Positions 49,601-64,000 of a stretch of 64,000 nucleotides of DNA are shown piece by piece. The stretch lies in contig NC_134035.1 in the NCBI RefSeq assembly GCF_964204645.1, forward strand, positions 7,472,451 through 7,536,450. The letters run 5' to 3'. Each line of letters opens with the position of its first letter. Within the stretch, counting starts at the first letter, position 1. The stretch comes from Tubulanus polymorphus (Eukaryota; Animalia; Nemertea). The notes under the pieces are model-generated. The model saw only the letters and a program-made list of their open reading frames with translations. It was not told the origin of the DNA and did not search any database. The position numbers and the translations under genes are program-made.

Positions 49601-51561
49601 TGACACGAAAATCGTGACGTGAATGATAACAGGAAGATATTTATTCAGATGGACATCATGTATGTGTAATATATATGTAATACATCTATGTATAAATATT
49701 TAAATTACGTGCTTCGAACTTCAATGACTATTGATATACGTGACATGACCTCTGTGGTGACGGCTAATGAGAAAACATTGTAGTCTTGAATTTTTCATAA
49801 GTTTTTACGTTGCTTGTATTCAACGAAGTTTGCTCTAGTTGAGATGATAATGCGGCTTTATCTCAGTAAAGTAATCAACGTTGATCTTCTTGATTGAATT
49901 CATTCAGTCCGGAACCAAAATGTGTGATTAATCATATGTCAACATAACAATTAGGTCTACGCAGCAAAGGGGTTTTATGGAGACGGACATGCTTTCTTGA
50001 AGGGTCTGTAAAGATCACTATCCGCAAACGTGACAAGTCCATGTGGCGGTGTAGGGTTGCATCAGAATCGAGTTTAAGCGTCTAACGTCGAGTGGTCTGC
50101 CACACTCTATCAGCACTTGTACGCCGGGGCTACGGGCGTCAATACTAAACATCGATATTTTCTTTATGCTCGTCGAAACTGGCTACAAGAGAGTTTTATT
50201 AATATTAAAAACGGGCTGGTGGCTAATTTCATCACCGGTGCAGAGACTGACATACACGTACATACATATCATTCATTTCGTCGTTATAGCGATAGAAATC
50301 CATCGAGATATCTCCCGATAATTAGCGACGCTTTTCTCAAAGTGAAATTAGCAATGATCTTCTTTTACTTCGGTTTAGAACCACTTATATTACCATCTAT
50401 GCCGACTTTCGATAAATGCCACACGGGGCTTAGACGGAAGGCTTTTAATAATGATAAGAAACAATTTTCATCTTAATGCACACATTGATAAAACCAATCC
50501 CGACCATTGTTCTCGACACTGGTGCAAAATGAAACCTTTGCTAAACTCTTAATGAAAATGTCAACTTTCAGTTTATAAACACAGTTTAGAGGTAATTGGT
50601 TTCCCAGGTCTTAATCTACCATTGGACTTGCAAGATGTGCATTTGCTTCACTTTCGGCATTGAATTATCGCCTTGTCTTTCGTTCCATTGAGCTCCATTT
50701 CACCCCTAATGTAAGGTCCGTTTTTGCAGTTTCAGAGTGGTACTTTAAGTACTTATATCACAAAGGACATTTAGTATCTTAACTAGTTAGGCTGTCTGTA
50801 CATAGGCCTATGGCCTTCTTTGATGGTAAATAATGATAAGATATGATATGATATGACATGATGATATTGCCCGTTATGAACTTAAGAATTGATGTAACAT
50901 GATCCACCAAATTGATATTGGATTAGTAATTATTTCATGCTCGTGGGCAGTTTATCCTAATTAGCTATTATAATTTATATACATTACCAAAAATCGCTCA
51001 TAAATCTGTTGCATGCGTCTGACAATGTGCCTGCTTTAGATTTTCCAGGCGAACAAACTTCAAAACTTCACTTGTTCCACGGAAACGATCTGTGTATGAC
51101 AAGTTGGTATGTCTTCAGTGCACTATCCGGTTGGTTTGATAAAGTAATTTTGCCCCACCTTCCCCTTTGTGAATATGTATATGTATCGGTGAAAGATAAG
51201 CAAAAGAATTCCGAGTATTAAATTTATGATTGCATTACTTTCGAAACCATTAAAGCGTGACTCACTATATATCATATATGTATATAATCGTATTCACGAT
51301 TTGAATCACTTGAAGCAGCGCGTGCAGTCCGAGTGAGACAGTCCACAGACCGGAAGTACAAACTGTCACTTATTTCAAGTTGCATTAGTGACGCTTTTAT
51401 CTTGTCAACACGAGTGTTTTTCAAAACCACTTCAAACTGGTTTCCGGTGACTGTGATACAAAGAATATAGATACATTTTTCGTAATATCGCTCGTTTGAA
51501 TGTTCCGTTGAATTTTCTTCGATTTGCTTCTAGAATCGTTTAATGCACATGATTCGTACGA

Positions 51562-53326
51562 AATAAACCATTTTACAGTTGCTAGCCGCCATTTTGTTAG
51601 GGTACTTTTGTCCCGTATTGTTGGGTCATTTTTTTCTATTTTTTTAAAAGTATCCGTGATGCGTGTTGTATCATATTTCATCTGTCCATGGATGGATTTT
51701 GACAACTTCAGCAACATTCAAACCGCGTGAATTTTTAGTTTTCAGTTATGTAAAAATCATTTCTCAAATTTACAACAATGCGACATGAGAGCGATATAAA
51801 AATCGGTGGTCAGTTTTTGCCGCGCGCATAGAAATCAAGGGTACTGAACTTTGAAGTTCGTTGTTTTCAGAAATAATTTTCTAAAAAATCCAAGCATTTC
51901 AAGAACTGTGCGCATAAATGCCCCCTTTCAGGTGAACTTTGAAATTTTAAGATATCTTGCCTAGTTTTTTTCCTATGGCACTTTAACTGCAGCGCGTGTA
52001 TTGCCATTCCGAGATTCGGCGCTGTTTTCTTTGCGTGTATTTCAGTATATGGGTGTTATTTTTTCATTTTTACTACACTTGTCTCTACGGAAAATGGTTT
52101 TAATTGTTGGTACGAGTATCAGGTTTTAATATTACGGCATTAATACTGTATTCCGTTCTCCGGCGCTAGTTCGTAATGGCTGTATTGGTAGCCGCTTTTA
52201 CAGCAGGCAGAGGCTTACGTACATGCACCCAAGAAAACCCAAAATATCACTCTTTTGTTGTAAATGCAATCCACACACTTCTTGCGATTTTGTGATGGTA
52301 GATGTCACTTTTTACTTTTTATCACCTGTGTCTGACATTAGGACTTGATACTTGATATGTCACCACCAAAGCAAGATAACGTTTTCCTATATTTTCTTCC
52401 CAATCTAATCAATCTTGTGTGTACTTAATAGAAAGTATTCATAGAAAGTAGCTGAATATTTGCCCCAACCCATTTGTCCAGCTTTTTGACCACTTCTCAA
52501 TCCATCTAATTTCAGTAGATTTTTATGTAAATTTATTGATAGACTACTGATTTAAATGGTCATCATACTCGATTTTGAGTGTTATATTTCTTTTCTTCTT
52601 CCATCTCAATATAGGCCCATATATTCTCTTCCCGCGCGCAACTTCGAATACGTGATCAAAATGCCGTTCAGTCTCGCTGCTAAAACTGGTAAAAAAATCC
52701 CTTAAACTCCAACATCTCTAATGTCTTCGATCTATTATATTGCATAAATGACGTAATATTAAAACCTGATACTCGTACCAACAATTAAAACCATTTTCCG
52801 TGGAGACAAGTGTAGTAAAAATGAAAAAATAACACCCATATACTGAAATACACGCAAAGAAAACAGCGCCGAATCTCGGAATGACAATACACGCGCTGCA
52901 GTTAAAGTGCCATAGGAAAAAAACTAGGCAAGATATCTTAAAATTTCAAAGTTCACCTGAAAGGGGGCATTTATGCGCACAGTTCTTGAAATGCTTGGAT
53001 TTTTTAGAAAATTATTTCTGAAAATAACGAACTTCAAAGTTCAGTACCCTTGATTTCTATGCGCACGGCAAAAACTGACCACCGATTTTTATATCGCTCT
53101 CATGTCGCATTGTTGTAAATTTGAGAAATGATTTTTACATAACTGAAAACTAAAAATTCACGCGGTTTGAATGTTGCTGAAGTTGTCAAAATCCATCCAT
53201 GGACAGATGAAATATGATACAACACGCATCACGGATAGTTTTTAAAAAATAGAAAAAAATGACCCAACAATACGGGACAAAAGTACCCTAACAAAATGGC
53301 GGTTAGCAACTGTAAAATGGTTTATT
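51562..53326. mobile_element. Fold-back non-autonomous DNA transposon with ~580-bp TIRs
   Basis: 51562-52141 is an almost exact reverse complement of 52747-53326 (AATAAACCATTTTACAGTTGCTA...); ~600-bp spacer without an ORF. Confidence 0.92.
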
Positions 53327-56300
53327 ATCCGGAAAAGTCGAGAATTGCCTCGCGTTACTATACACTTTACCTTTAAGTGGTAAAGTGTATAGGTATAATG
53401 AGTATCTGTAATTCTATCGGACTAAACTGATAACACCTAGGCCCAGGGTCACGGTGTTCTTGGTAAGCAACTATAACACCAACCAAAAGGGTCCCATCTG
53501 TCCCGTGGCTCGCTTGCACTACACGCCAGAACATTTAGAATTAGGATTATCTGTAATTTTACGTTATCCCATATCGGCATTCAGTGTCACAGCGATTCTA
53601 GTTGAAATACACGCACGGCCTTTTGTTCAGGCGAAATATGTGCCTCGTAACGTATATGGGTCATGATTTGGAGAAAAAGAAAAACACACCAAGACTCGAT
53701 TTTGGTCAGTGTCAACTTTTAATGAAACTACCTTTTATTAAAGCGATAGTTCTAGAATCACAATTTATTATCTACTGGAATCATATCTTGAAAAACTCGA
53801 CAAATGTTCATAATTTTGATAGATCCCGAGAGAGAATCGACGAAACAACTTGAAACTTGAAGGTAGCAGAAACAGCTTCGTAACCCGGTTTACAATACGG
53901 CACCAAACTTGCTAAGAGCCATGGTTTCATCGGGTATTTCTAATAATCATACAAATCAGAAGTTCATTCGTTCTTCAAGTTAGGGCAGTACAAATTAAAC
54001 GAGGCTGGTGACTGACAAAATCAAGTTTTTCGACTGACGATAGGTTATTCTATTATAGCAAAAGTCATCTAGGCCAAACTTCCCCTGTCCAAAATACATA
54101 ACCTCATATCATAACCAATAATTTAAGGAACCAGGACTTTGTAAACTGCATTGAAGCCTTTGAACTGAATTACGAGGTTAAACCTACAAAATGACGTATA
54201 AAATCGTATAAACAGCAGTTAAGGCAAGAAAGCTAGTAACAAAATGGACTGTAACGTGTATAAAGAATTGCCCGTGTTTGCTACTATTATTCATAAATAG
54301 TAATGGCTTTTCTAGTGGAATCACCGGGTCATTGGATAACGCATTGGTCATTCACCCATCAAATGCCTATTCGCTTACGGCATTCTTGGATGCTTATTCA
54401 AAGCTCATTTCAGCGTTCCAGTCTTTGCACGAAGGGTCAGGTATATGAAAACGAAGATAAATCAGGGCTCCCAAGTTTCAAAACTACCCAACCGAGTTTA
54501 ATGAAATTACCATTGAACGAAGTCGAAGAGAATATATTTTCGCATATATAAAGCACACGAATATCCGGCTTCACACAAATAAAACTTGCCAAAAACCTGC
54601 TTTTTAGACCCGGAGTGATAGGATTATGAATCCTTCGGGCAGTTAAGAAAATAAAGTGATTCAGATAAAAATTAAGCTTTATTCGTCAATCGGGTCTAAA
54701 TCTGGAGACGCGTGAAGTTATGTTTTGATACTAAGGCTTTTAGCATACGGTTGATGACGTCATCAAGTTTACGACTGCATAAGCTCAAAAATGGCTTACG
54801 TTGTTGAGTGTTCCGCCCCATCACGAATACAGATCTCGCCAGCAATTATATGTATACACAAAATGAAGCTTAGGTGAGAAACTTCGTCTGAACATGAATC
54901 TTAAATTTCACTACAGTACAGTCTCTAAAATGGAAAATCGTATCACTTTGCGAAGGTTTCTGCGACCGTGTCCAGACAGGGACGATACACCAGACGAATG
55001 CTGGTTACTGAAATTAATACACGCGAGAAAACTTGCGCACGATTTCCCGAGGTAAATTAGCCTGTCGTGAAGAACTAATCGCCAGCGCAGCGTTTCAAAA
55101 ACGGGGCGTTCAGCTCGTATCTGTTTCGCTGGGGGAAGCGATCGAATATCCTCACGATCGCTGACGCACGCGCTGTGCGAAATCAGAGATGCTTGAAGCT
55201 ATGGAGTGAAATTGCAGTTTCTGTCTCGTGAATAAAATCGATATGAGAACAGACTTGAAATATTCGCCCGTTATGAAAAATCCTTTGACAAGGTTTATAT
55301 TGCCTTTACCTAAAGCTCGGGCTTGTTTCGTAATGACTTTCATTCAAAAAAAAATTCAAGCTATTTTCACTGTTCATTTCGATCTTCGTGTATTCCAGAT
55401 TACATTTAACATTTCATTTGTGCCTGGCTATTTAAAGCCCATTTCCTGCCAGTTTGTCTCGATAAGTAAATCCTGTGTTTGAAAAATCAACATTTGATTC
55501 GGCGCGACAAGAAACGACATGAAAGCGTTAACACGCAGAAGGTATTAAGATTTTTTCCTTGTGACATATCTTACAGCGAAATCTGTGTCGGTAAATGAAC
55601 GATGTTGTTGCTCCTTCAATTCGCATGCCGCAATTATCTGTTTGGGGGGCAAACATGGCTCTTCTTAGCTTGGCAAGTTTCTGATAATGAAAATGGGGAA
55701 AAGAATAATATTGAATGATTTCTCCTGAATAATATTGACTATTCCTTGACCACGTCGATGTAGAAGCGAGGATTATGACGTCTATTGGGTCACCGGATAT
55801 AGCGATATGTCCATTTGGTCACCAGAAGGAAAATGTCAAATTCATTTACATCAGTATCGGTACCCACGAATCATTGCTAACATTTTAGTTCTAAGTTAAT
55901 CGTGAGTTCCAAGGTCATAATTCTATATTCATGTTAACCAAGGGCATTGAACATTGGCATTCGTGTCGGATTGTCAAGCATTCAACAAATCGGGAATGGT
56001 GTGCCTGAGCCCCTAGTTTGCATGCTTTCTATCTACATCGATCATCTTCAACATCGTATAGATATCATCAACATTATACATTGCTTATGACGGTTTATTT
56101 CTTTGTGAAAATATCCAGATATCAGCGCGTGTTGGACGTTTGAAATTTGAAGACCACTCTGGGAGATGGTCGTGTTTTTAATTGAAAGCGCGGCCCAAGA
56201 GTGAACGAACTAGGAATATGATGCACATAGAAATATGATGCGTTATATAAGGCTATGTAGTATATTATTTACTGTTATATTCTTCTTCTGAGAAACGTTT

Positions 56301-57356
56301 GAAGTTGAAGATGAAAGAGGGGCGCAGGTGCGCGGTGTATACCGTCATCGTCTAATTACTGCACGTCAAATCTAATACTTATAACCAACCAGAGACGTAA
56401 CATGCCTAGAACATTTAGTCCACGTGACATCAATTTTTTTTATTCAGGAAAAATCTGTATTGTAAGAGGTTCTACCCAAGATGTGGTGACAGTGGAATGT
56501 TTATAATAATTCTTAGAAACGACAATTATTAGTTATGATAAAGCAAAGCGATCTCCCCACGCGCATACTGCTAACGTTAACATTCTTCGGCGTTCTCTAA
56601 ATCTCGTTGTAAGCTGTTAAATCGTTCTTTATAAGTTTCCTTCGTTCTCACACTCGCCGATGAGCGCGTCATATACGCAGAACCCTTAACAAATCTATCA
56701 TCAGCAAATGAAAACGAATGATCTCGGCTGTAACTATCAACGTCACTAATATTCTCATTTGATATTTGATCGCCAGTTCCGTTAATCTTTCAGATCACTC
56801 TTTTCGACGACGGATAACGAATATGCAACAATAACGGTGACAAAAATACCAGCAGAATTGCTGAACATATTTGACGGATCGATTGAAAAACGCAATACTG
56901 TGAAACCATTGAATTGAGCTTATCTGGGGTTTTTTTCGAGACGACAGAAACTCCAATTGTAATTATGATTACTAGAGACATTAATACACGACGTGGCATT
57001 TCGTTTTCCGCATAAGAATCGCAACCAGTTTCTCGATGAAAAAAAGCATATTCCCTAGATGACATTTGAACGCAATCAATTACCGACTGATTCAGGATCA
57101 GATGGCAGATCTACAAACACGAAAATTACTTTGAAAGTATGGATTTTTGAGCGGTTTTAAATCGGAAACATGACTCGTTTCCGTGGCTTTGATGTGGAAG
57201 CAACAAGTTAGCCATGGGTTTTATTGCTTGGACGACAAGTAAGTCTTCTAAATTTATAAAAATCGATTGCTCTTGTTCGCTCATCAAAAATGTTCCTGAC
57301 ATTTTCCATTTCAAAGAAGAAGCGGCAAAAATAGCTTCGACTGACGAATAATCGAG

Positions 57357-60300
57357 ATGTTTTGTGCTTCTTATCGGATTCTTTTTTCAGTATTGCTTCT
57401 GGGACTTCACCTCGAGTGCTTCGAATGCCTCATTAATTGTTTGAAGGCGAAAGATACGTGTAGAATTGACCCAGACTGTCAGTATTGGTTTAATACGATG
57501 CCCACAGTTTGCGGAAACACAGGTGCGTTATCCATTGCACATGCTGCAATACGGTTTCTTGAATTACATTAGATGTACGATCGCACGAACTTTCTTTTTT
57601 CTTCGTCGAATAGCTATGCTCAGTTCCACAAAATAGGTTTTAATATGCAGTTATAGGTTATATTAAAAAGGTAATTGAGACCAAACTTTTAACAACTGGG
57701 AACAATTTCACAAAACAAGTATTCATTAAATTTAATTTAGTGGATTAAGAGGTAAAACCATTTTCGTAAAACGGGTCGGGATTCGATTTCCGAGGCAAAG
57801 TCCATATATTTACCTAAACGAATCAGAGGAAATCGAGTCTGATATGAAGGCCCGGTGAGAACTGTTTTTTGTTTGTTTTGTGAAACTGGTACGATGATGT
57901 ACGTATGGCCAGAGCTGATTGTCAAACAAAACATGGCGTCATCTGCAAGACCTTTGGACTTATGGAGGACTTAGTTCTCAACATAACTTAACTCATTTTT
58001 GTAGATCGGCTTCATTGTGCCGCCCAGGACATGAGTCACTGTCGGTCGGTGCTGAAGAATCTGCAAACTATACCGATATTGAGGACGTGCGACTGCCCGA
58101 TAGAGATGGAAACGTATCGGCAATGTGAACAACTCAGAGATAGAATCTTCCATCACCCGTGCTCAGAACTCGGATCTGGTTTGTACCTAAGTTAACTATA
58201 AAAAATTTCTGAAATTCCCGTAGAGATTACCAATAACTAATACATGCCTTTCTTCTGTCGTTTCATCAAAGGTTTCTACGAAAAATAAGTAGATGTTACT
58301 TTCTTTAGAGACGCCACGGCGTTCTCTAATATTGGCCTTTAGAAAATTTATGAACTGCTTTAACGACTTACGTCATCATCAATTTTGCACGGTGAAGTCA
58401 AATTAAATCATATATGTTCCCTTATATCCCATAAGAAAGACTCAAACCTCAAAATACCCACGCCTACAAGTTGAATCTAATTCTTACGGACCTAGCAACC
58501 CGCAGATGTAGGCCATTGGTGACCACAATTATATCTATCAACTAATCTCCGAGCTTCGCACCACGTAAACACAACAATAACAACAAAAGACAGAAAGAAC
58601 TGTGACCAGCTTAGAGCCTCTGAGAGGATTACAGCGTTTCTGAAGAGCCACGCTTTTTTTCTCTCTCGAAAATAATCGGCTTGCGGCGGTCACATCATTT
58701 CATCATCATAATATCTTTTTTTCCTCACCGCACACAGCATAGATACACAAATATAATTACGGCGTGTTGTCCCTTCGCCCTTAACTGATTGCATCGACGA
58801 CCTTTCAATTCATGTATTGTTGTTTGAACCGGGCAACTTGTTGATATCAGAAGGCAGACATCTTATTTCCAGGAGGAGTCTGTAGAGAATCATCAAGGTT
58901 TTCACACGTCCGCCGATTCTACCGAGCAATAATCGCACTTTCATTTTACTACATCTTTTACGACATTTTTTGGCCTCCTTAAGTTTTTGGTGTGGTTGAC
59001 GTTTAGTTATTTTCCTGACTGCACCAAAACGACGCCTAAAAATGTTTGTAAATAGCCGCTCTCAGTCAACATTTAAGATTTTTTTAGTTTGATTACTTGA
59101 AAAGAATTGATATTTGAAAAGAACCGATCTTAACCTTTTTAGATCAATATTTCGTCCTGTCAACTATGTATTTTCTTCGACCATAATCTAAGTAGATTTT
59201 TCTTTTTCTTGGTGATATTGCAGGTAACGGTTATTCCTATTCATCGAGCGACCACGATGAATTCGAGGTACACTACGATATGGGCGACGATTGGCGCGAC
59301 ATGTCAAACAAACGCGTTAAAGGTCCGAGCTGTAACGCGCTTAGAGACGAGTGTATGCACGACGCTCTGTGCGAAACACGACTTAAACAGTTCCGAAAAT
59401 CGTGCAAAGTCCGGCGAGGAAAATGTCAAGCGGAAACAAGGTGAAATATAGAAGCAGCGTGTAATACATCTTCACCCGTCAAGGGATTCGAACCCACTAA
59501 ACTAAAGCCGTTCCCCGAATTGGTGAATGCGAGTTCGGGGAGCGATAACGGACCTCCGGCAAGATGGACACGTTAGGGAACCAGCAATGTTGGGGAGGGA
59601 GGGTAGTGATATTGAGGCATCTTTCCGTGGAGATGCAACGCTGAAAGCGTCTACTCCTTCCCATACCATCAGCGGTCATGGTTTTTTTTCAGGTCTAACT
59701 CAGAATACACATTTTGAAAATTAATTTTAACGGAGAAACTAATTTAGCAATTTATTTTGACGAATGATTCGGAATATACCCGATTTTCTATGCACGCATA
59801 TATCGCTAGGACACTCCAATGATTAATAACATGATATTTAAGCAAGCAGCATCTCAGCCACCGTGTGAAAATGCGGTAATACCATTTTTACGAAGCAAAC
59901 ATGGCTTTTTACGGGCAGTTGCTATTTGCGATCGTTTTCATAAACGATTTATGTCGATTTTGCGTCAACGTCCGTAAACATGGCGACGATCTCGACTGAA
60001 TCGCGGGATAAAGTTAAAGCAATGCGGAAAGGAAGATTGCGTTCGTCTCTGTTGCTGGATCGATTTAAATGATCAAGTGTTCGAAAGACGCAAATACGCA
60101 AAATCGGTGTTCGTAAAAAACGTCTCGGTGAACCTACTTATACTTATCTGACGTTGTATCTTGGAAACTGAATAACAACGTCACTTTAACTACCTATTCT
60201 ATTATAGGGAAGAATGTATCCAGGCGTACGAAAATCTCCGATACTTCGGATTGTTCCAGTGCTCGTGTGAAAACCATATCGGATTGGAGCGAGAAAAATG

Positions 60301-63240
60301 CCACGCACTACGGCGACGTTTACAGAAAAACATGTGCCTAGGTAAATATTTTTAAAAAACTATTCTACAAATTTATAAAGAGATTGATTTAGAATTGAAA
60401 AATGAAAAAAATTCTCAAATCGCATTTCTTAAATCCAGAATTCTGATTAGCAATAGTTGTATGTTACATCAATTCAAGCAGTTGAGCTACTTAGCTTTGC
60501 ATTGGTATCAACGTGTACAACTAATATTATGGACCATAGCATAACTTCTGTTTTTTTGTCCGAAATCTACCAATTTTCTATGCACTATCGAAAGATATCG
60601 AATCTATTTTCAATCAGTTCATTTCAGATTTTATTCGCTCCATATCTTCACAAACTATTTGAGCACCGATGATTATTGGTACATTCTATTTCAAATACAT
60701 TTTTCAAATACGAAAGATATTTCCTATTTCATTATGTGCAGTTGTTGCTAACAAGGTCGCAAAGGTTGGCCGAGAGAATAATGTGATACCACAAAAACCG
60801 GGAGCAGTAGAAGCGGTTATTGATACTGCTGCTGAGGATGAAGATGGTATTTTGAGTAAACAATTGATGGATGAGCCGGACGATGATGAACTGGGTTGTA
60901 GGTATCTCGTATATTCTTATATTTTTATATTCTTCTCAAATCTTTTTAACGGTTCAAACTTTTTATTTTCTCAGTTACCGATTGCCGAGAAGCCAGTGAA
61001 CAGTGCAATAGCTACTTCTTCTGTCGACGTAAACTAACGGCTTTAATCTCCAATTGCGAGGGTACAAGTTCAAAACCGTGCAATAGAAAGGCATGCCTGT
61101 CGGCTATGTCGGCCTTCTACCATAACGTCGCCTTACGAAATGCGCATGCAATCGCATTCTGTGGTTGCATCGAGGGTGATGCGAAATGTGAATCGTTGCG
61201 CCAGTCACTTCACCCGCAATGTTCGACTGCCGACGTGCCTACGCCTAGCTGCCAAAAGGTGGTGCAAACTTGTCAAGAAGATACTGGATGCAGGTAAGTG
61301 ACGTTAAACTGTTTAAATATTGAATATTTTCTGGTTAATTCATTTCAAAAGTTAGTACGGGTGGATATCATATAAATTGTTTTAGTACGAAGACCTTGTT
61401 TTAGCTCTAAAAGGAATCTATTGTACCAAAAATACATAAAGACTCTCTAAACATGTCCTCTTTATGTATTTTTGATTGTACGTGTAGGAAACGTTGGCAG
61501 AACTATAAACATTACTGCGGCAGTCAGCCGGGTACTGGACTCTGCGTGCACGGTACTCAACTGTGCAGAGATGCGGTGGTTGGGATATCGGGCACAGCGT
61601 TGAGTCTCAACTGTACTTGCTCCAACACGAACCCGGAACACGCCCTGAACAAATGGTGCTTAGATCATCTAGACAACATTAACAATAACAAGTGCCGAGG
61701 TAAATCAATTTGGCGCTGCTTTTATAGACATTATACCGAATCATTCTTTTCCTCATTCGTTCCTTTTCCCGTTTTTATAATGGCTTCGCACGCATTGTAT
61801 CTATATATTCCAGAGAGAGCTCTGAAAGAGATTATGACACGTAAAAGACTCCAACTGGTAGTACTTGGAGAAAGACAGTACGCAATCCCTCCACCGTATA
61901 TCAGTATATCTGCAGGTTTGTCTTTGTCGGTCTCGTGTTTTCTCTAACACTTCTAAAATAAAGCAATCATTGTATAAGCAGCATATTGAATCCATGCGTT
62001 ATTGTTAGATGACAAAATAATGCCATTACAACGATGGAACTTGTAATGAGTAAAATCTTAATGGCAGGACAAGCTCGATATAGTGTATTTTGTTGGCTAA
62101 AGGTGGCGATTCCATCCATCCTCACAAACTTTGGAATGTGTCCTTTTCATCACATGCGCATGCATTGATTCGATATTTTTGTTTGCAGAGGTCTGTTCAT
62201 CGTTGTGGAACGCCACTGACGATGAAAAACATATGGTTCGGGTAAGTACCACCACAAAGGGAGATTTCATCGACTGTAGCTGATTTGTTAGCGGTCAAAT
62301 TCCTATCTAAAGGATTTGTTATATTCTTTAAGGTTTATAGTAATGGAACGGGTAGTGATTGTTCGAGTCTTTGTAACTGTCTTCCCGATGAGAAAATGGT
62401 CTGTAGATATTTACCTTGTCCGCCGCCTGAACATTGTCGCGAAGGCAAAGTCGTTTACGGTAAGAATTTATCATTACCCTCTTATTCATTATATTCATTA
62501 TATAGCTTTTTTGAATATAACGAATATGACGAATAAAATGGCTTATTAAGTTAAGGTAGAGTAAAAGGATTGCAACAATAATTAATTTTGGCGAAATGAT
62601 GTCTTGGAAATGCTGAGTTAGTGGTAAATTTTTGTTTATAGAGACTAAACCACAGTCGTGTGGTTACCAACTACAAAATGAAATGCGCTGTACTGGAGAT
62701 AACCATAGATAACGGACATATCTTACAGAAAAATATTTCTAATCACTATTCTCACTTATACAGGGCATGGGTCGGTTTTTAGTTCGGACGATCGAGGAAC
62801 ATGTCACTGTGATAGAGGGGAAATCATCTGTGCCAAAGGATATCTAACGATAGGACAAAGTCGCGGTAAGATCTATCCTCTACGCAAGAGCTGTGTGAGA
62901 GTTTTAGCCTCATCTCTGACTCGACTAACGAAACGAAGTATTTATCGGTTGTAGGTCTATTTTTGTACATCGGATATAGCCAGAATGATAAATTGATTAT
63001 GGAGACGTACGGCGTGCCGTTTGACTACGAACTTCTCGCTCGACGTTTAGTTCATCATCTCAACCTGAACCACGAACATCTGGTTAGTTTGAGATTGAAC
63101 CAAATACACCGGTGGCCAAATGAATCACATCTCACTTCTACTTTGCCTGGTCTGGGGCTGGAAGTTAACAAGATCATTCTGTTTTACAGGGTTGTGGTTT
63201 GAGAATGATATCTGCGTATCCCGGGAATTTTATCTTCAAG
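57357..63240 (+). CDS. GDNF-family-receptor-alpha/GAS1-like protein with four GDNF/GAS1 domains and VWC-like modules (multi-exon, 3'-partial)
   Basis: Signal-peptide-like start MFCASYRILFSVLLLGLHLEC; exons at about 57357-57522, 58004-58178, 59224-59440, 60208-60341, 60742-60901, 60975-61293, 61488-61699, 61813-61857, 62189-62241, 62333-62459, 62764-62865, 62955-63082, 63190-63240. CNRKACLSAMSAFY...IAFCGC...PQCS...PSCQKVVQTCQEDTGCR matches the GFR-alpha D2-D3 cysteine pattern. Confidence 0.8.
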
Positions 63241-64000
63241 GTATTATCTTCTAAAACGCGAATCAGACAAATTGTTCCCAAGGTAAGATGACTTATGAAA
63301 GTAGACTCTATATTTGATCCTAAATACGAAAAAGCGCTGTGGCCTTTGAGGCCAAAGGTCGAAGGGTCGAAAAAATAAGGATAGAAATATTTCTAAAAGA
63401 GAGAAATAATTCAATATCTTTGAAAATGTATTAAGTATCAATTTCAAGAAGTGAGGAGTGAAATGGGGAATGACTTATTAAAAATATACAATTCTTAGAT
63501 TACATCAAATTTATGTCTATAGTATCTAAAATAAGTTTTGAAAATGGGGAGTAACTAATTATTGTTTTACGTTACTTTGTCTATATTTGTAATAACATAT
63601 TTTTGATTTTGTGTTAATTCGTTTTCTTTTTAAAATTCAAAATCGAACATTTTAGCAGCAGTTGTATCCTTTATCCTTTGGAAAAAGCTTACATCATTAT
63701 TTTCTGAATATTCTTTCAATTTATTAACGTATCTTTTAAATTATTTCAAATCATTCTACATTCCATCGTAAATTGATTTTGTGGGACTTCGTTGGGAAGG
63801 AAAGGGTCCGGACCCAGAGATCATTCCCCAAAAAGCCACCCATGACATGTGCTGCTCTTGTAGAACTATTCTCTGACTTACAGGATCTATAGTCGCACAT
63901 CGTTTCTTAGGCCGGTTTTTTTTTTATCTTAAAATAGGGATTGTCCTCGTTATTTATTTATTTGGTTGGTAAATTTCGTTTGATTTTTCGATTGAGTGTC

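Noticed and set aside
59470-59620. tRNA gene on the minus strand (GGTTCGAATCCC B-box)
   Set aside because: No cloverleaf; more likely a SINE fragment in an intron.

Overview
Intron-rich animal (probably invertebrate) genomic DNA in three zones. (1) 1-13.9 kb is a nest of AT-rich Maverick/Polinton-like elements. Element A is a right-hand end (1-5035) carrying a packaging ATPase, a frameshifted DDE integrase-chromodomain gene, an HNH endonuclease and small ORFs. Element B (5350-13757) is a decayed, fold-back-shaped relative with AGT...ACT ends and a perfect 6-bp TSD (TCGAGT); it sits inside a tandem-repeat MITE and is itself interrupted by nested transposons. Both elements end in self-complementary hairpins, and most of their ORFs start in a TAAATG context. 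Two adjacent element-A genes carry the same 27-bp GC-rich palindromic in-frame insert. (2) 14.3-35.9 kb is a roughly 40-exon + strand gene with mega-thrombospondin architecture: LRR, FN3-like, fibro-slime/PA14-like, cadherin, F5/8, Cys-rich/EGF, TSP type-3, TSP C-terminal, LamG, then a polybasic site, an acidic tail and C-terminal HTDL. No first exon was found in the window, so the Maverick nest is probably intronic. (3) 36-57 kb is repeat-rich intergenic DNA (solo LTR in a Tc1/mariner MITE, (TA)n, a 1.8-kb fold-back element), followed from 57.36 kb by a multi-exon GFR-alpha/GAS1-like gene that runs off the end. Exon structures and family assignments were read by eye; no database searches were run.
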